Virus record (IMG/VR): IMGVR_UViG_3300020042_008980
Span: 1 to 38,233 of that record
Reading direction: 5' to 3' (one strand)
DNA from: a virus
Taxonomy: Duplodnaviria; Caudoviricetes
DNA: 38,233 nucleotides
A program made the position numbers and the translations under genes. Below the pieces are notes generated by a model. That model was not told where the DNA came from and ran no database searches. It saw nothing but the letters and a program-made list of their open reading frames with translations. This document shows, one piece after another, positions 1 to 9,322 of the stretch; position 1 is the stretch's first letter, and every line of letters starts with the position of its first letter.

Positions 1-130
1 CCAAGAGAAATACGCAAAGGCCGTAATTGATGCGATTAAAGAGCAGAAATGGCGAAAGATTGACTATCCGCTAGATAAAATTAGCTGGGAGTCGGTGGCA
101 AAAGATTGGGTAGAGAAGTTTAGTCTATGA
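1..130 (+). CDS. C-terminal fragment of the glycosyltransferase (same as the end of 34940..37141)
   Basis: Encodes QEKYAKAVIDAIKEQKWRKIDYPLDKISWESVAKDWVEKFSL*, identical to the GT C-terminus. ATGA overlap with the MTase. Confidence 0.9.
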   Translation, partial: QEKYAKAVIDAIKEQKWRKIDYPLDKISWESVAKDWVEKFSL

Positions 131-1216
131 AGTTACTTCTAGGTAATTGCCTAGAGGTTTTAAAAACACTTCCAGACAATTCAATTGATTCAGTAGTTAG
201 CGATCCTCCCTATGGGCTAAAATTCATGGGTAAAAAGTGGGATTACGATGTACCAAGCGTTGAAACTTGGCGAGAAGTTATGCGAGTTCTTAAGCCCGGT
301 GGCCACGCACTTATAGCGTGTGGCACTCGCACTCAGCATCGCATGGCCTTGAACATTGAAGATGCTGGCTTTGAGATAAGAGATGTTATCACTTGGCTTT
401 ACGGCTCCGGCTTTCCGAAAAGTTTAGATATTTCAAAAGCGATTGATAAGAGCGCTGGCGCTGAGAGAGAAGTGATTGGAAAAAAATCTACTTATCGTGA
501 GCCACAAACTCCTAATGGATGGGACTGTACTAAAAGAGCAGAGTTTGAAACCGCACCCTCAACCGATGCCGCAAAAGAATGGCAAGGATGGGGAACTGCA
601 CTTAAGCCAGCATGTGAGTTTTGGACTCTCGCTCGCAAGCCGTTATCTGAATCTACCGTTGCAAAGAACGTATTGAAGTGGGGAGTTGGCGGTATAAATG
701 TTGATGGGTGTCGAATTGCAAGCGATGAGCTGACTCCAAGAAAGAACAAGGGGGGTAGGCTAGAAACTAATGTGGGTGAGTTTGGAATAAACGACAAAGA
801 CTTCATCGCTACTCCCTCACCACTTGGCCGCTTCCCAGCGAATCTAATCTTAGACGAGCAAGCTGCTTTTGATTTGGATGCGCAGAGTGGAATAAGCAAA
901 AGCGTAAACTCTCAAAGAAATAATGCAGCATCAAAAAACTCTTGTATGAGTGGTGACAACTTGGGTCATGTATCGTTTGGGCATAACGACTCAGGCGGAG
1001 CATCTCGTTTCTTTTACTGCGCGAAAGCAAGTAAGAGCGAGCGCAACGCTGGGCTTGAGGGTATGCCTAATAGGATATTGGCGAGAAGTGGCGGTGCTGC
1101 TGCTGCGGCAGAACGTGGCGAATCTTATGATATAGGCGATGGTGCTTTTAATCGAACTATAGAATGTAAGAATCATCACCCTACAGTTAAGCCAATCAAA
1201 CTCATGGAATATCTAT
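1..1216. repeat. Imperfect terminal repeat, copy 1 (3' end of glycosyltransferase plus most of the MTase gene)
   Basis: ccaagagaaatacgcaaaggccgtaattg... at position 1 recurs at 37012. Homology continues to atggaatatctat (1204-1216 vs 38221-38233). Offset is 37011 at the start and 37017 at the end. Confidence 0.97.
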
Positions 1217-1416
1217 GTCGATTAATTACACCGCCTAGCGGCACCGTTTTAGACCCTTTTATGGGTTCTGGCTCTACAGGCGTAGCTGCTAAATCACTTG
1301 GCTTTAATTTTGTCGGTATTGAGCTAGATAAAGAGTATTTTGACATTGCAAATGCACGTATTAACGGCAAAATACGGCAAAATATTGAACCAGAACAAGT
1401 TAGTTCTATAATATAA
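127..1416 (+). CDS. Beta-class N6-adenine/N4-cytosine DNA methyltransferase, allele A
   Basis: N-terminal catalytic DPPY, C-terminal SAM-binding DPFMGSGSTG, HPTVKP motif; long central insert with four variable segments. Confidence 0.93.
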   Translation: MKLLLGNCLEVLKTLPDNSIDSVVSDPPYGLKFMGKKWDYDVPSVETWREVMRVLKPGGHALIACGTRTQHRMALNIEDAGFEIRDVITWLYGSGFPKSLDISKAIDKSAGAEREVIGKKSTYREPQTPNGWDCTKRAEFETAPSTDAAKEWQGWGTALKPACEFWTLARKPLSESTVAKNVLKWGVGGINVDGCRIASDELTPRKNKGGRLETNVGEFGINDKDFIATPSPLGRFPANLILDEQAAFDLDAQSGISKSVNSQRNNAASKNSCMSGDNLGHVSFGHNDSGGASRFFYCAKASKSERNAGLEGMPNRILARSGGAAAAAERGESYDIGDGAFNRTIECKNHHPTVKPIKLMEYLCRLITPPSGTVLDPFMGSGSTGVAAKSLGFNFVGIELDKEYFDIANARINGKIRQNIEPEQVSSII

Positions 1417-1437
1417 AATATAATATACTCTATAAGT

Positions 1438-1635
1438 GTGGCTTACCCTATAGATGTTATTATCGATCCCCTAGCGGTTATTACCTTCGGACTTGTGGGA
1501 ACACAAGTAGAAGCTACTGAGGGGCTTGGTTTAAATACTTTTGGCTTTTTATGGCCGAGTTCTGGAATATGGATCGAGTGCGCTCAGTGTGCAGATAACA
1601 TAACAACCGTTTGGGTAGACTGTGAGGGGTGTTAA
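1438..1635 (+). CDS. Small hypothetical protein (Cys-rich C-terminus)
   Basis: GTG-start ORF whose stop abuts the next ATG; first gene after an AT-rich intergenic element. Confidence 0.6.
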   Translation: MAYPIDVIIDPLAVITFGLVGTQVEATEGLGLNTFGFLWPSSGIWIECAQCADNITTVWVDCEGC

Positions 1636-2298
1636 ATGAATTTAGCAGAACTAAGAGAGCTAACCGTTACCTACTTAGATGATTTGCAAATGGGCTACTT
1701 CACCGAGGCCCAACTTAATAGCTGGCTAAACAATGCTCAAAGAAAAGTACAGCGTATTCTAATCAATGAAAAGCAAAACTTTTATTTAAAGTGCGTACAA
1801 ACTGAAACAGTAGAAAACCAGTGTAATTTAGTGTTGCCTTCTGATTTTATGATGGCACATAGAATTGTATTGGTGCTTAGTGGAACATTCCCTAACGAAA
1901 ACATTTCTACACTTGCTCCCATTACATTGAATGAGCAGGATTTGATAAACCCCACCCCTTCTACTCCTGCAGCTTATTATTTTAAAAGAAACAACCTTTG
2001 TTTAGCTCCAATACCTAACCAAGCCTATGCGCTTCGCTTAACTTATTCCTACGAAGTCACAGACATGACAAATGATAACTCTGTGCCTGATGTTCCAGAA
2101 AGATACCATGAACTTTTATCAATCTTTGCGGCTCTAGATGGTTTTGTTAAAGACGATAGAGACAACACTTATCTAATGAAGCTAGCAGATAGCTATATCA
2201 AGGATATGAAGTCTGAGGCTCAACAAAGACAAGAGCAAGCAAGTAGAAGTGTAGTTAGAACAGGTTCGGACGATTGGGGCATGGGGGATATGTGGTGA
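1636..2298 (+). CDS. Head-tail adaptor / tail tubular protein A-like
   Basis: N-terminal MNLAELR...LNSWLNNAQRKV helix pattern, size, and position before a nozzle-sized gene. Confidence 0.65.
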   Translation: MNLAELRELTVTYLDDLQMGYFTEAQLNSWLNNAQRKVQRILINEKQNFYLKCVQTETVENQCNLVLPSDFMMAHRIVLVLSGTFPNENISTLAPITLNEQDLINPTPSTPAAYYFKRNNLCLAPIPNQAYALRLTYSYEVTDMTNDNSVPDVPERYHELLSIFAALDGFVKDDRDNTYLMKLADSYIKDMKSEAQQRQEQASRSVVRTGSDDWGMGDMW

Positions 2299-2299
2299 T

Positions 2300-4033
2300 A
2301 TGAGCCCTAACCCTAAGTTTCCTAGAGAAAGCTATGAAAATTTTGGTGGAATAAACGAGAAGGCATCGCTTTACCTAACAGGAGACAATGAGTGCTTATC
2401 TCTATTGAATTTGGATTTTAATAAACCGGGTTCTTTGAGTTCCATGCCTGGGAGTGCTCTTTTTATTGGCGCCACTGTTGCCGGACGCATCAGTGGCCTT
2501 TATGAATATACAAAGCTAAGCGGAGCTAGTCACATAATTTTTACCGCTGGCAACATTGCTTATTCTAATTCTGGTAACACGACTATTCCTTTTAGAATTG
2601 GGATAAACCCCGATGCTCTTTTTGATTTTGTAACTTTTGTAGATACGCTCTTTATGAGCAATGGCTACCAGTTTTTAAAATATAACGACATAACGGCTAC
2701 CAAATTTAGCTGTCCTGCCGGAACTACTCTCACTACAGGGCTTGGTGTAGCTGCCGTTGGATTAAGTGGAACCTATCAATATAGCTACGGCTATTTAACT
2801 ACAAGTGGATATTTAAGCGGAACAGGTGATGCGGCTACATTAGCTGTTGCCGGAACCCAAGCTATTTTAAGTGGGTTTACTTCACCTAGCGACTACGGAG
2901 TCACTGCAATTGTGATTTATAGAAGTAGTGCAGGAGGGGCAGACCTATTCCTATATGATTACATGACACCAACAGGGGCTACCTATGTAGATTCGGGAAG
3001 CTTGTCTTTGCAGACATTCCCAGAACCCGATAGTGTGTTTTTTACACTAGCCCCAAGATACCTAGACCTTTATCAAAACACTTTCTTTATGCTTGGATCC
3101 ACACAATATCCTTCTGCCTATTATTGGTCTGAAGTAGGGCAACCTGAGACTATTCTACCCGATAGTAATGCTGAAGTTAGAACTAATGATGGCGATAGGA
3201 TTACCGGAAGCAAGGCCTATGGGAATGGAATATACATTTTCAAGGTAAATTCATTTGTGAAAGTTGTAGGAAGTGATTCAAGTAATTTTCAGCAATTGGA
3301 TGTCAGTGCGGAATACGGAAGCCTTAGCAATAGGGCGGTTGTTATCTATAACGACATTATGCTTTTCTTAGATAAGAAGGGAATTTGTAGATACAATGGG
3401 GCTACTCCTGAGATTATATCTACAAAAATTGAAAGCACTTTTTTAGAGATGAACATAGATGCAGCGATAGATAATGCTGTAGGTGTTCATTATAAATATC
3501 GGAACCAAATATGGTGGGGTATTCCTACAAATGGGAGCACCGTAAACAACACTATTGTTATTTATGATTATTTAGCGGAAAGCTGGACGGTGAGAGAAGG
3601 TTTTCTACCTAGCTCTATGGCATTTTTAGCGGGGCCGTATGACAGAGAAACGATATTTTATGGTGGTTATTCTGGCACTATTCACTATGTCAGTGCTTCT
3701 TTATGCTCTGATAACCTTTCTGGGATGACTTATGCCATGCAAAGTAAGTTTTATACAATGGGTGGCAGGTCAGAAACTATGCAATATCGTAGGTTGTTTA
3801 TCGACACCGATCCTATTCAGGGAGCGACTATTCCACTCACTATCAATTTTAGAAAAGATGAACAGGACGCAATTGTCTTAACAAGGCAGATATATTTTGA
3901 TCAATTTCAAACAAGAATAGATTTTGGAATACCAGCTAAGAGTTTAAGCGTGGAACTTGTAACAAGTGGTGCAAGTTATCCGATAAGAATAAATGGCTTT
4001 ACTTTAGAAGCTAGATTGCAGAGAAAAGTATGA
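2300..4033 (+). CDS. Tail nozzle / DNA stabilisation protein (P22 gp10 or T7 tubular B-like)
   Basis: 577 aa, beta-rich; begins NFGGIN; propeller-like segments (GSLSNRAVV, FLDKKGI, IVIYDY); podovirus synteny. Confidence 0.65.
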   Translation: MSPNPKFPRESYENFGGINEKASLYLTGDNECLSLLNLDFNKPGSLSSMPGSALFIGATVAGRISGLYEYTKLSGASHIIFTAGNIAYSNSGNTTIPFRIGINPDALFDFVTFVDTLFMSNGYQFLKYNDITATKFSCPAGTTLTTGLGVAAVGLSGTYQYSYGYLTTSGYLSGTGDAATLAVAGTQAILSGFTSPSDYGVTAIVIYRSSAGGADLFLYDYMTPTGATYVDSGSLSLQTFPEPDSVFFTLAPRYLDLYQNTFFMLGSTQYPSAYYWSEVGQPETILPDSNAEVRTNDGDRITGSKAYGNGIYIFKVNSFVKVVGSDSSNFQQLDVSAEYGSLSNRAVVIYNDIMLFLDKKGICRYNGATPEIISTKIESTFLEMNIDAAIDNAVGVHYKYRNQIWWGIPTNGSTVNNTIVIYDYLAESWTVREGFLPSSMAFLAGPYDRETIFYGGYSGTIHYVSASLCSDNLSGMTYAMQSKFYTMGGRSETMQYRRLFIDTDPIQGATIPLTINFRKDEQDAIVLTRQIYFDQFQTRIDFGIPAKSLSVELVTSGASYPIRINGFTLEARLQRKV

Positions 4034-4365
4034 AGCTACCATCAACTCAAGGCATTGGTAATCAAAGTGATGATGAAGGGCTTAAAAGGCAGCTTCAGAT
4101 TTTTGCTAGCAATATAGAATCTATTTTAAACAGTGGGATTACTTTTAAAGATAATATCCGTTGTCAGATAATTGAGGTTTTGTTTGATGTTTCAAACACA
4201 GACAAGCAAATAAACCACCAACTCAACTATGTGCCAACAGGGTATTATGTGGTGAGAAAATCTGCCGTTATAGATATTTATGATGGTGCATCAAACGTGT
4301 TTCAAAAGACGTATGTGACGCTAAGATCAAGTGCCACTGGCACAGTGAGTGTATTAATTTTTTAG
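4030..4365 (+). CDS. Hypothetical virion protein
   Basis: ATGA-coupled to the nozzle gene; beta-rich C-terminus. Confidence 0.6.
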   Translation: MKLPSTQGIGNQSDDEGLKRQLQIFASNIESILNSGITFKDNIRCQIIEVLFDVSNTDKQINHQLNYVPTGYYVVRKSAVIDIYDGASNVFQKTYVTLRSSATGTVSVLIF

Positions 4366-4374
4366 GGGGATATT

Positions 4375-4986
4375 ATGGGTTTTAATATAAGTAAGACGCT
4401 AGGCATAGATAAGAATTTTTTTAACCAAGCAAATAGTTCGGTTGGTTTTGGGCCTACAACAAAAATGGGGACTAATCCTCAACCTATGGATCCTCGCTAT
4501 ACAAGCCTTGTGTCGAATCTTGGTAAATCGGCAAAAGATTACAGAACTAGAATGCCAGCGATGGTTAATGACCAAGTGAACATTGCAAAAGATACATCAC
4601 GCATGGATTTAGCTAAGGCTTATGTGGATGCGGATAGAGGGGCCAATAGGCGTGGAATGCTTTACGGTGGTGTAAGGGCCGGAATGAGAGCAAATGCTGA
4701 GAGTGACGCATCAAGTGGATTAGCTTCTAAAATTCGCGGTATTAATATCGGTCAAGAAAACTCAGCGCAAGGCCAAGAAAATACGGCTATTGAAGCTGCT
4801 CAAGGAATGCAATCTGAGCAACAGCAATTATACCAAAATGCTTACAATGAAGCGTTGTCTAAGAGAGAGCAGGAGCAAAAGAAAAAGTCTGGCATCTTTA
4901 ACCAAATCGGTGGCGGTGTTGGGGGAATGCTCGGTGGAATGCTCGGTGGTGGCGGAGGCGGTGGTGGCTTTGGTGGCTTATTTTAA
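4375..4986 (+). CDS. Putative internal virion/ejection protein
   Basis: Ala/Gln-rich helical body, Gly-rich hydrophobic C-terminus, AGGGGG SD; position after the nozzle. Confidence 0.55.
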   Translation: MGFNISKTLGIDKNFFNQANSSVGFGPTTKMGTNPQPMDPRYTSLVSNLGKSAKDYRTRMPAMVNDQVNIAKDTSRMDLAKAYVDADRGANRRGMLYGGVRAGMRANAESDASSGLASKIRGINIGQENSAQGQENTAIEAAQGMQSEQQQLYQNAYNEALSKREQEQKKKSGIFNQIGGGVGGMLGGMLGGGGGGGGFGGLF

Positions 4987-5001
4987 TTTTGGAGGGACGT
5001 T

Positions 5002-5664
5002 ATGGGATTTAATTTAGGTAAAGCATTAGGCGGTGGACAAGGTGCTATGAGCATCTTCATGCCCGGTACTCAAGAGGCCGCTGGCCTTTTGGGATTAGGT
5101 GCGAAGATAGCCCCACCCGATCTACAGAAAGCAGAGTTAGATCCAAATGCTGCCTCTATTTTAGAACAAAGAAATAAAGATTTTAGCCTACCTCCTACAG
5201 AATATGAACAAAGAATATCTGCAGAACAAAATACAGGTATTGAGCGTGGTGGTGATTTTCTAGCTGGTGGAAATGTTGATTCACCTATGCGTGATGCAAT
5301 TTTAAAACGTCAACAAAAAGAATTTGGCTCACAAACAAGTAAGATGCGAAGAAGCGATAAAGCTGAGGCTCCAAATATAAGAGCGCAAAGAATGGCATCT
5401 ACTTTGGGTGCTATGAGAAACCAAAACGCGAATGCGATAAACTTTGCAGAAAAGCAAAAGATAGCAAATGAAAACAAGAAATTTGCACGTGCCAATGCCG
5501 TGAATGCTGTATTTAAGAATGTTGGCACAGGTATCGGTATGGTTTTAGGTGGATATTTCGGTGGCCCTCAGGGAGCTAAAGCAGGGGCACAATTCGGACA
5601 GACTACAGGCAATGCAGCAAGCATGGGTGTAGGTGGCCAAACAGGGGATGAGAGGTACATTTAA
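5002..5664 (+). CDS. Putative internal virion/ejection protein
   Basis: GGAGG SD; Gly-rich hydrophobic segment GTGIGMVLGGYFGGPQGA. Confidence 0.55.
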   Translation: MGFNLGKALGGGQGAMSIFMPGTQEAAGLLGLGAKIAPPDLQKAELDPNAASILEQRNKDFSLPPTEYEQRISAEQNTGIERGGDFLAGGNVDSPMRDAILKRQQKEFGSQTSKMRRSDKAEAPNIRAQRMASTLGAMRNQNANAINFAEKQKIANENKKFARANAVNAVFKNVGTGIGMVLGGYFGGPQGAKAGAQFGQTTGNAASMGVGGQTGDERYI

Positions 5665-5665
5665 T

Positions 5666-6634
5666 ATGCCAATTAATTCAAACAGGGGATATTTAGGGCC
5701 AATAAACACAGATAGAGGTCGCTTGGGTGGAATAGAACAAGCCGCAAATGCTTACATTGAGGCTTCTCAAGAGGCAATGGAAAGAAAGCGTCAAGAGGAT
5801 AAAGAGCAGAAAGAGCGAAGTCGTCAAGATGATTTATTGCAATATGAGAGAGATAGGCAGTCTCAACAGGACGAAGTTGGTCTTTTAAAAGAAGGCTTAA
5901 TAAGAACGCCTGAGGGTGGACTTTCATATTCACCTGAGAAGCAAGCGCAAATGGACAGAGAATCCAAATACAAAGAAGCGCAAACGAAGGCGCTTAATAA
6001 GCGTGCATCTAGAAACTACGGTGGCGTTGAAGATACAGTTTTAGAAGATGGTACTGTTTTAGAGCCATTGGGAGTTAAACGTAAAATTGTTCCGGCAGCA
6101 CAGGCCCAAGAGTTTGGTGGTGCAAATTCATCTATAAAGCAATTACAAGATTACGATGCTCTTTTAAATAAAAACTCTGATGTAACAGGCAAGGGATTTG
6201 AAAAAGGTGCCTTGAGAGCCAAGGAAAAAGTAAAATCATTTTTTTCTGGTGGTAATGATGTTGCTAACAGAGTGGAAGCTTTAACTGCCGCACAACAAAA
6301 AGTAGCTCAGGTTATTGGTAAATACTTAGAGGGTGGAAAACTCACTGATGCCGACATTATGCGATATAGAGAAATGTTACCTACTGTTAGCGATAATCCA
6401 CAAGTAGCTGCAGCTAAATCTGCACAACTTCAAAAGTTAATTGCTGAAAAACAAGCTCAAGAAAAATCATCAATGTCACAAGCTGGCTATCAAAGTGGAC
6501 GTATGCAGCAAGCTGAGCCAAACGTGCAAGGTCTAGGATTATTAGATTCAAAACCACAAGGACTTGTAAACGACATCAAAGAAATTGGTGGTAAAAAATA
6601 CAAACGCGTGAATGGTGGATGGGAAGAAATTTAA
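5666..6634 (+). CDS. Putative ejection (DNA transfer) protein
   Basis: Charged coiled-coil-like protein; start placed at ATG 5666, just after the upstream stop. Confidence 0.55.
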   Translation: MPINSNRGYLGPINTDRGRLGGIEQAANAYIEASQEAMERKRQEDKEQKERSRQDDLLQYERDRQSQQDEVGLLKEGLIRTPEGGLSYSPEKQAQMDRESKYKEAQTKALNKRASRNYGGVEDTVLEDGTVLEPLGVKRKIVPAAQAQEFGGANSSIKQLQDYDALLNKNSDVTGKGFEKGALRAKEKVKSFFSGGNDVANRVEALTAAQQKVAQVIGKYLEGGKLTDADIMRYREMLPTVSDNPQVAAAKSAQLQKLIAEKQAQEKSSMSQAGYQSGRMQQAEPNVQGLGLLDSKPQGLVNDIKEIGGKKYKRVNGGWEEI

Positions 6635-8340
6635 TGGCTAAAAAATTCATATCAGATTCAGAAATGGAGGCATTGGAAAAGCAACACGCTCCTAAGGCGT
6701 TTATTTCTGATGCTGATATGGCCAAACTAGAGTCGAACCAACCTAAAAAGGGAGGTTCTTTATCTAACTTTCTCTTTGGTAGGAGCGGCACTCAAGAAAC
6801 GCCAAGACTTCCAACCTTAGAAGAAACTACTACGGCATTTGAAAATGCTGGTAACGCTATAACCTTTGGCCACCTTCCACAATTACAAGCTGGCCTAATA
6901 AAAGCAAAAGACATGATCGTCCCTGAATCTATGGAGTCAGGTAAAGATTATGTGCAGTTGAGGGATGAAAACATTCGTAGACAGCAAAAAATGACGGATG
7001 AAAACCCTAAGTCAGCACTTGCTGGTACAGCTACAGGGCTAATTAGCTCTATGGCAGTGCCTGTTGGTGGGCTTGGAAAGATAAAAGCACTTCAGTCCGT
7101 AAAGGGCGCCCCATTCCTTGCAAATTTAGGTAAAGGATTAATACGTGGTGGTGGATCGGGTGCAATTGTTGGATCATTACAAAACCCCGGTGATGTAGAA
7201 GGTGAAGTTAATTTCACTCAGATTCCAGAGCGAATTGAGGGCGCTGGACAGGGCGCTAAAATGGGGGCACTTACTGTTGGTGGTATTGAGTCACTTGCTG
7301 GTTTAGGTAGGGGCATTGTAAAAGCTGGTAAAAAAGCAAAAGAAATGGCTAATGATAGAGCTTACAAATCTCTAGGGCCTGATTTAAGAACAATCACTCG
7401 ACATGGTAAAGATAAGGCTCAACAAATAGGTGCAGAAGTTTTAGATTCTAAATTATTAAAAGTTATTCCAAATAGCTATGAAGAAATAAGTACATTAGCA
7501 AACAAAAAACTAAATGAAAAAGGCAAAATCATTGGTGAAATTATTGATGACATAGAAACTGCTACAAATGGTAAAGTTAATATAAGCAAAAAAGCTTTAG
7601 CTAAAAAGCTAACAGATGAAATGGCAGACTTAACAAATGCCCCCGGTAGCAAGCAACAAAACAAAAAATTAGACAAATTCGTAAAAGAGTTAATATCTGA
7701 AGGCGAAGATTCAATTGGGATAAAAGAATCCCAAAAGTTTAAAGGTGCTGTAGCTGAGCGCGCTGGCTTTAAAAAATTACCCGGAACAGCTACCTTCAAA
7801 GACAAGTTAAACAAAAAGCTTTATACGCTCGTAAAAGAAGCGCAAGAGGAAGCTGGTGATGAGGCTTCAAAATTATTAGGAGACGACGTTTCTTCTAAGT
7901 TTAAGGGTGCAAAAAAAGCTTATCGTAATCTATCTGAAGCTTCTGATATGGCAGATAAAAAGTTTAACCGTGAACGTGCAAATAATACTTTCGGTTTGAC
8001 TGACACCATTATGGGAACAGGTGGTGGATTGCTTTCGGGCGGTTATTCACTCTATCAGGGTGATGATGTTGGTACTGCGGCCATGAAAATGATTGGTGGC
8101 GCGCTTGCTGTTGGTGGTGGATCTAAACTAACTAAACTTGGTGGAAATCAACCTTTGGCTATTGCACTTGATAAATTATCAAAGGGCATGGACAGTAAGG
8201 CGTTTCAAAGTGAAATCGGTAAATTAGTTAAAACATACGGTGATAAAAACCCTGAAAAATTAGTGAATGCTGTAATTAGATTATCTAAGCAAAACGAAAA
8301 TAAGGGCTTGCTAAGTTCTGGCTTAATTGAGGGAAAATGA
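6634..8340 (+). CDS. Large putative ejection (DNA transfer) protein
   Basis: TAATG coupling; Gly/Ala-rich hydrophobic stretches; N-terminal duplicated FISD(S/A)(E/D)M motif; last of the internal-protein block. Confidence 0.55.
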   Translation: MAKKFISDSEMEALEKQHAPKAFISDADMAKLESNQPKKGGSLSNFLFGRSGTQETPRLPTLEETTTAFENAGNAITFGHLPQLQAGLIKAKDMIVPESMESGKDYVQLRDENIRRQQKMTDENPKSALAGTATGLISSMAVPVGGLGKIKALQSVKGAPFLANLGKGLIRGGGSGAIVGSLQNPGDVEGEVNFTQIPERIEGAGQGAKMGALTVGGIESLAGLGRGIVKAGKKAKEMANDRAYKSLGPDLRTITRHGKDKAQQIGAEVLDSKLLKVIPNSYEEISTLANKKLNEKGKIIGEIIDDIETATNGKVNISKKALAKKLTDEMADLTNAPGSKQQNKKLDKFVKELISEGEDSIGIKESQKFKGAVAERAGFKKLPGTATFKDKLNKKLYTLVKEAQEEAGDEASKLLGDDVSSKFKGAKKAYRNLSEASDMADKKFNRERANNTFGLTDTIMGTGGGLLSGGYSLYQGDDVGTAAMKMIGGALAVGGGSKLTKLGGNQPLAIALDKLSKGMDSKAFQSEIGKLVKTYGDKNPEKLVNAVIRLSKQNENKGLLSSGLIEGK

Positions 8341-8347
8341 TGAGATA

Positions 8348-8632
8348 TCAAACATCAACAGAATTGGCTTTTGAGCTACTTATGTCGTTACCGTCAAGTA
8401 TGCGAACCGTTAGTTCAAAGGCTCCTAATCCAATAAGGGCCTTGAAAAAACTCAAAATCAAGTCGTCTGAGGTTATTTCATTAATTGCGAGACTGACAAA
8501 AGTAAATGCTCCGGCAATTAATGAATATACAAAAAACTTAACCCAAGGACGTCCACGCATTGACAAGCTAATTACATACGCAATACCAAAACCAACCAGT
8601 AATCCAATTGCTTTTACTGCTAAAATAAACAT
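8348..8632 (-). CDS. Small multi-pass membrane protein (moron-like, possible superinfection exclusion)
   Basis: About three hydrophobic segments; opposite strand to its neighbours; own extended -10 box (TGgTATAAT, TATAAT at 8643-8638). Confidence 0.65.
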   Translation of the reverse strand: MFILAVKAIGLLVGFGIAYVISLSMRGRPWVKFFVYSLIAGAFTFVSLAINEITSDDLILSFFKALIGLGAFELTVRILDGNDISSSKANSVDV

Positions 8633-8716
8633 ACCTAATTATACCATTTCTACCCATGTAGATTCAGTTAAAAGCGACATAGCTAAATATGCGAATTGTA
8701 TAGGACTGTCTAAACT

Positions 8717-8923
8717 ATGAACAGTTTAACCGAAAACTGGTCAGTCTTTGTAACAGTAGGAAGCATCCTTTTGTTCATACTTTCTGAGGTGGTGAAGTAT
8801 TCAAAGCTAAAAGACCAAATAGACGGTGTAGGTAGAAAAGTAAATTCAGTGATTAACACTCAATATAGCCAAGGTGAAAGACTAGCGAAAATTGAGGGCT
8901 TCCTTGAGGGGAAGGGTAAATAA
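8717..8923 (+). CDS. Holin/antiholin-like membrane protein
   Basis: One N-terminal TM segment followed by a coiled-coil ending ERLAKIEG; start of the lysis cassette. Confidence 0.5.
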   Translation: MNSLTENWSVFVTVGSILLFILSEVVKYSKLKDQIDGVGRKVNSVINTQYSQGERLAKIEGFLEGKGK

Positions 8924-8933
8924 AGGGGTAAAT

Positions 8934-9131
8934 ATGGAAAAAATATTAGAGTTTTTAAACAATCATTTGGTGCAAGCAATCTTAATGAGCCTGTGGATTC
9001 TGTTGGAATACTGGCTTGGAAAAACTACTTTGATAAAACCCGGAAGCACGCTAGAGATAGTTCTTTCTTCAGCTAAAAAGCTTTTGGAGATGCTAGGCAT
9101 AGTTAAGCCTAAAGCTAATCTACTTAAATGA
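8934..9131 (+). CDS. Holin-like membrane protein
   Basis: AGGGG SD; TM segment then EYWLGKT..KPGS, basic C-terminus. Confidence 0.5.
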   Translation: MEKILEFLNNHLVQAILMSLWILLEYWLGKTTLIKPGSTLEIVLSSAKKLLEMLGIVKPKANLLK

Positions 9132-9322
9132 CCGCATTTCTGTCGGGGCTTTTAGCCTTGCTACGTAACATGCCTGAATTGATTAAACTCATACAGGTAT
9201 TACAAAAGCAGATAGCTGAGGCCTCAACAGATAGAAAAGTAAAAGAAGATTTAGAAAAAATTAGGGGGGCATTTGAAAAACGTGACGCGAAAATTCTTAA
9301 TGACCTTTTTGCTGGCAAGTAG
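9128..9322 (+). CDS. Putative i-spanin (Rz-like)
   Basis: Hydrophobic N-terminus plus coiled coil; overlapped at its 3' end by a lipoprotein ORF. Confidence 0.5.
   Translation: MTAFLSGLLALLRNMPELIKLIQVLQKQIAEASTDRKVKEDLEKIRGAFEKRDAKILNDLFAGK

Noticed and set aside
492-899. Antisense ORFs over both MTase copies (492-899 and 37344-37814)
   Set aside because: In-register shadows of the sense gene with no SD or recognisable motifs; their similarity simply mirrors the repeat.
127-1216. Diversity-generating retroelement (template/variable repeat) as the cause of the two MTase copies
   Set aside because: No reverse transcriptase seen. Differences are not adenine-specific, are mostly synonymous in constant blocks, and the variable segments are non-homologous with length changes.
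4909-4980. ggtgg/ggaatgctcggtgg short repeats as a possible array
   Set aside because: Explained by the poly-Gly/GGML coding sequence; no spacer structure. No CRISPR array was seen anywhere in the window.
8337-8720. Plus-strand 127-aa ORF with ATGA overlaps at both ends
   Set aside because: It is the antisense of the membrane-protein gene, which has a clear promoter and more protein-like composition. Not fully excluded, given the neat overlaps.
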